Virus record (IMG/VR): IMGVR_UViG_3300032277_002989
Location: 1 to 25,619 of that record
Reading direction: 5' to 3' (one strand)
Length of the DNA stretch: 25,619 nucleotides
DNA from: a virus
Lineage: Duplodnaviria > Caudoviricetes
Below are positions 24,987-25,619 of the stretch, in pieces. How positions within the stretch are numbered: the stretch's first letter is position 1; the number at the start of each line of letters is the position of its first letter. Both the position numbers and the translations under genes were made by a program. The notes beneath the pieces were generated by a model. It did no database searches, was not told the DNA's origin, and saw only the letters and a list, made by a program, of their open reading frames with translations.

Positions 24987-25619
24987 ATGCTAAAACACGC
25001 TGATGTCTGGCGGGCGCTTGACCGCCTTGCCAAGGAATATAATTTGTCGGCTTCCGGCTTGGCCCGGCGGGCAGGGCTCGACCCGACTACATTCAACAAG
25101 AGCAAGCGGGTTACCCGTGACGGTAAACTCCGCTGGCCAAGCACCGAGAGCGTCGCCAAGGTTTTGGCCGCCACCGGGGCAAGTCTGAACGAATACGTCT
25201 CTTATGTCGGAGAAAGTGGCGGCGCCGGGGTTTATCGAAATATCCCTCTGATTGGTTTTGCCCAAGCTGGGGCGCATGGCTATTTCGATGATGCCGGATA
25301 TCCGGTCGGTGCCAGCTGGGATGAGATTCCATTCCCCGGATTTGCCGATCCCCATGCCTATGCCGTAGAAATCAGTGGTGACAGTATGGAACCCGTATTC
25401 CGTGATGGTGATATCGTCATTGTGTCACCAGAAGCCGGTATTCGGCGCGGCGACCGGGTTGTCGTGAAGACCACAGGCGGTGAAGTGATGGCCAAAACGC
25501 TGCTGCGTCAGTCGGCAAAAAAAATTGAGCTACAGTCCATCAACGTCAGTCACGAAGATCGCAGTCTTGCTGTCGAGGAGGTCGATTGGATGGCCCGCAT
25601 TATCTGGGCCAGTCAGTAG
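24987..25619 (+). CDS. HTH plus peptidase S24 (CI/LexA-like) repressor, 210 aa
   Basis: HTH LSASGLARRAGLDPTTFNKSKR; cleavage site IPLIGFAQAG; catalytic Ser in GDSMEP and Lys in VMAK. Confidence 0.92.
   Translation: MLKHADVWRALDRLAKEYNLSASGLARRAGLDPTTFNKSKRVTRDGKLRWPSTESVAKVLAATGASLNEYVSYVGESGGAGVYRNIPLIGFAQAGAHGYFDDAGYPVGASWDEIPFPGFADPHAYAVEISGDSMEPVFRDGDIVIVSPEAGIRRGDRVVVKTTGGEVMAKTLLRQSAKKIELQSINVSHEDRSLAVEEVDWMARIIWASQ

Noticed and set aside
1-25619. Intact temperate prophage or canonical RcGTA cluster
   Set aside because: No integrase, att repeat, tRNA or replication genes are visible. There is no tape measure, tail tube or HK97 prohead protease, and the morphogenesis genes are podoviral. 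A prophage remnant remains possible because the flanks are unseen.

Overview
The window is almost entirely one minus-strand cluster of podovirus (T7-like) virion genes in what looks like an alphaproteobacterial (probably Rhodospirillales) genome. From right to left it carries two small leader genes, a pre-portal protein, portal, Bbp19-like protein, scaffold, internal/cargo proteins, a short major capsid protein and decoration protein, tail adaptor and nozzle, a gp14-like protein, a T7 gp19-like large terminase, lysis genes, a T7 gp17-like fibre and a LamG/SPRY receptor-binding protein. A divergent HTH-S24 repressor closes the right end. No integrase, replication gene, RNA polymerase, recognisable small terminase or gp15/gp16 ejection protein is visible. 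The controls visible in the sequence are an alphaproteobacterial LexA box, a sigma70 promoter followed at once by a terminator, and intrinsic terminators in front of successive modules. Variable slots hold a polymorphic-toxin-like gene split by one in-frame TAG, a possible orphan toxin tip plus immunity gene, a CapRel-type defence gene and an antisense ODP-like/DHH fusion. My best inference is a domesticated, SOS-linked podophage-derived particle (gene transfer agent-like and/or protein-delivery) rather than an intact prophage. The flanks are not visible, so a prophage remnant cannot be excluded. All family calls are by eye from motifs; no searches were run.
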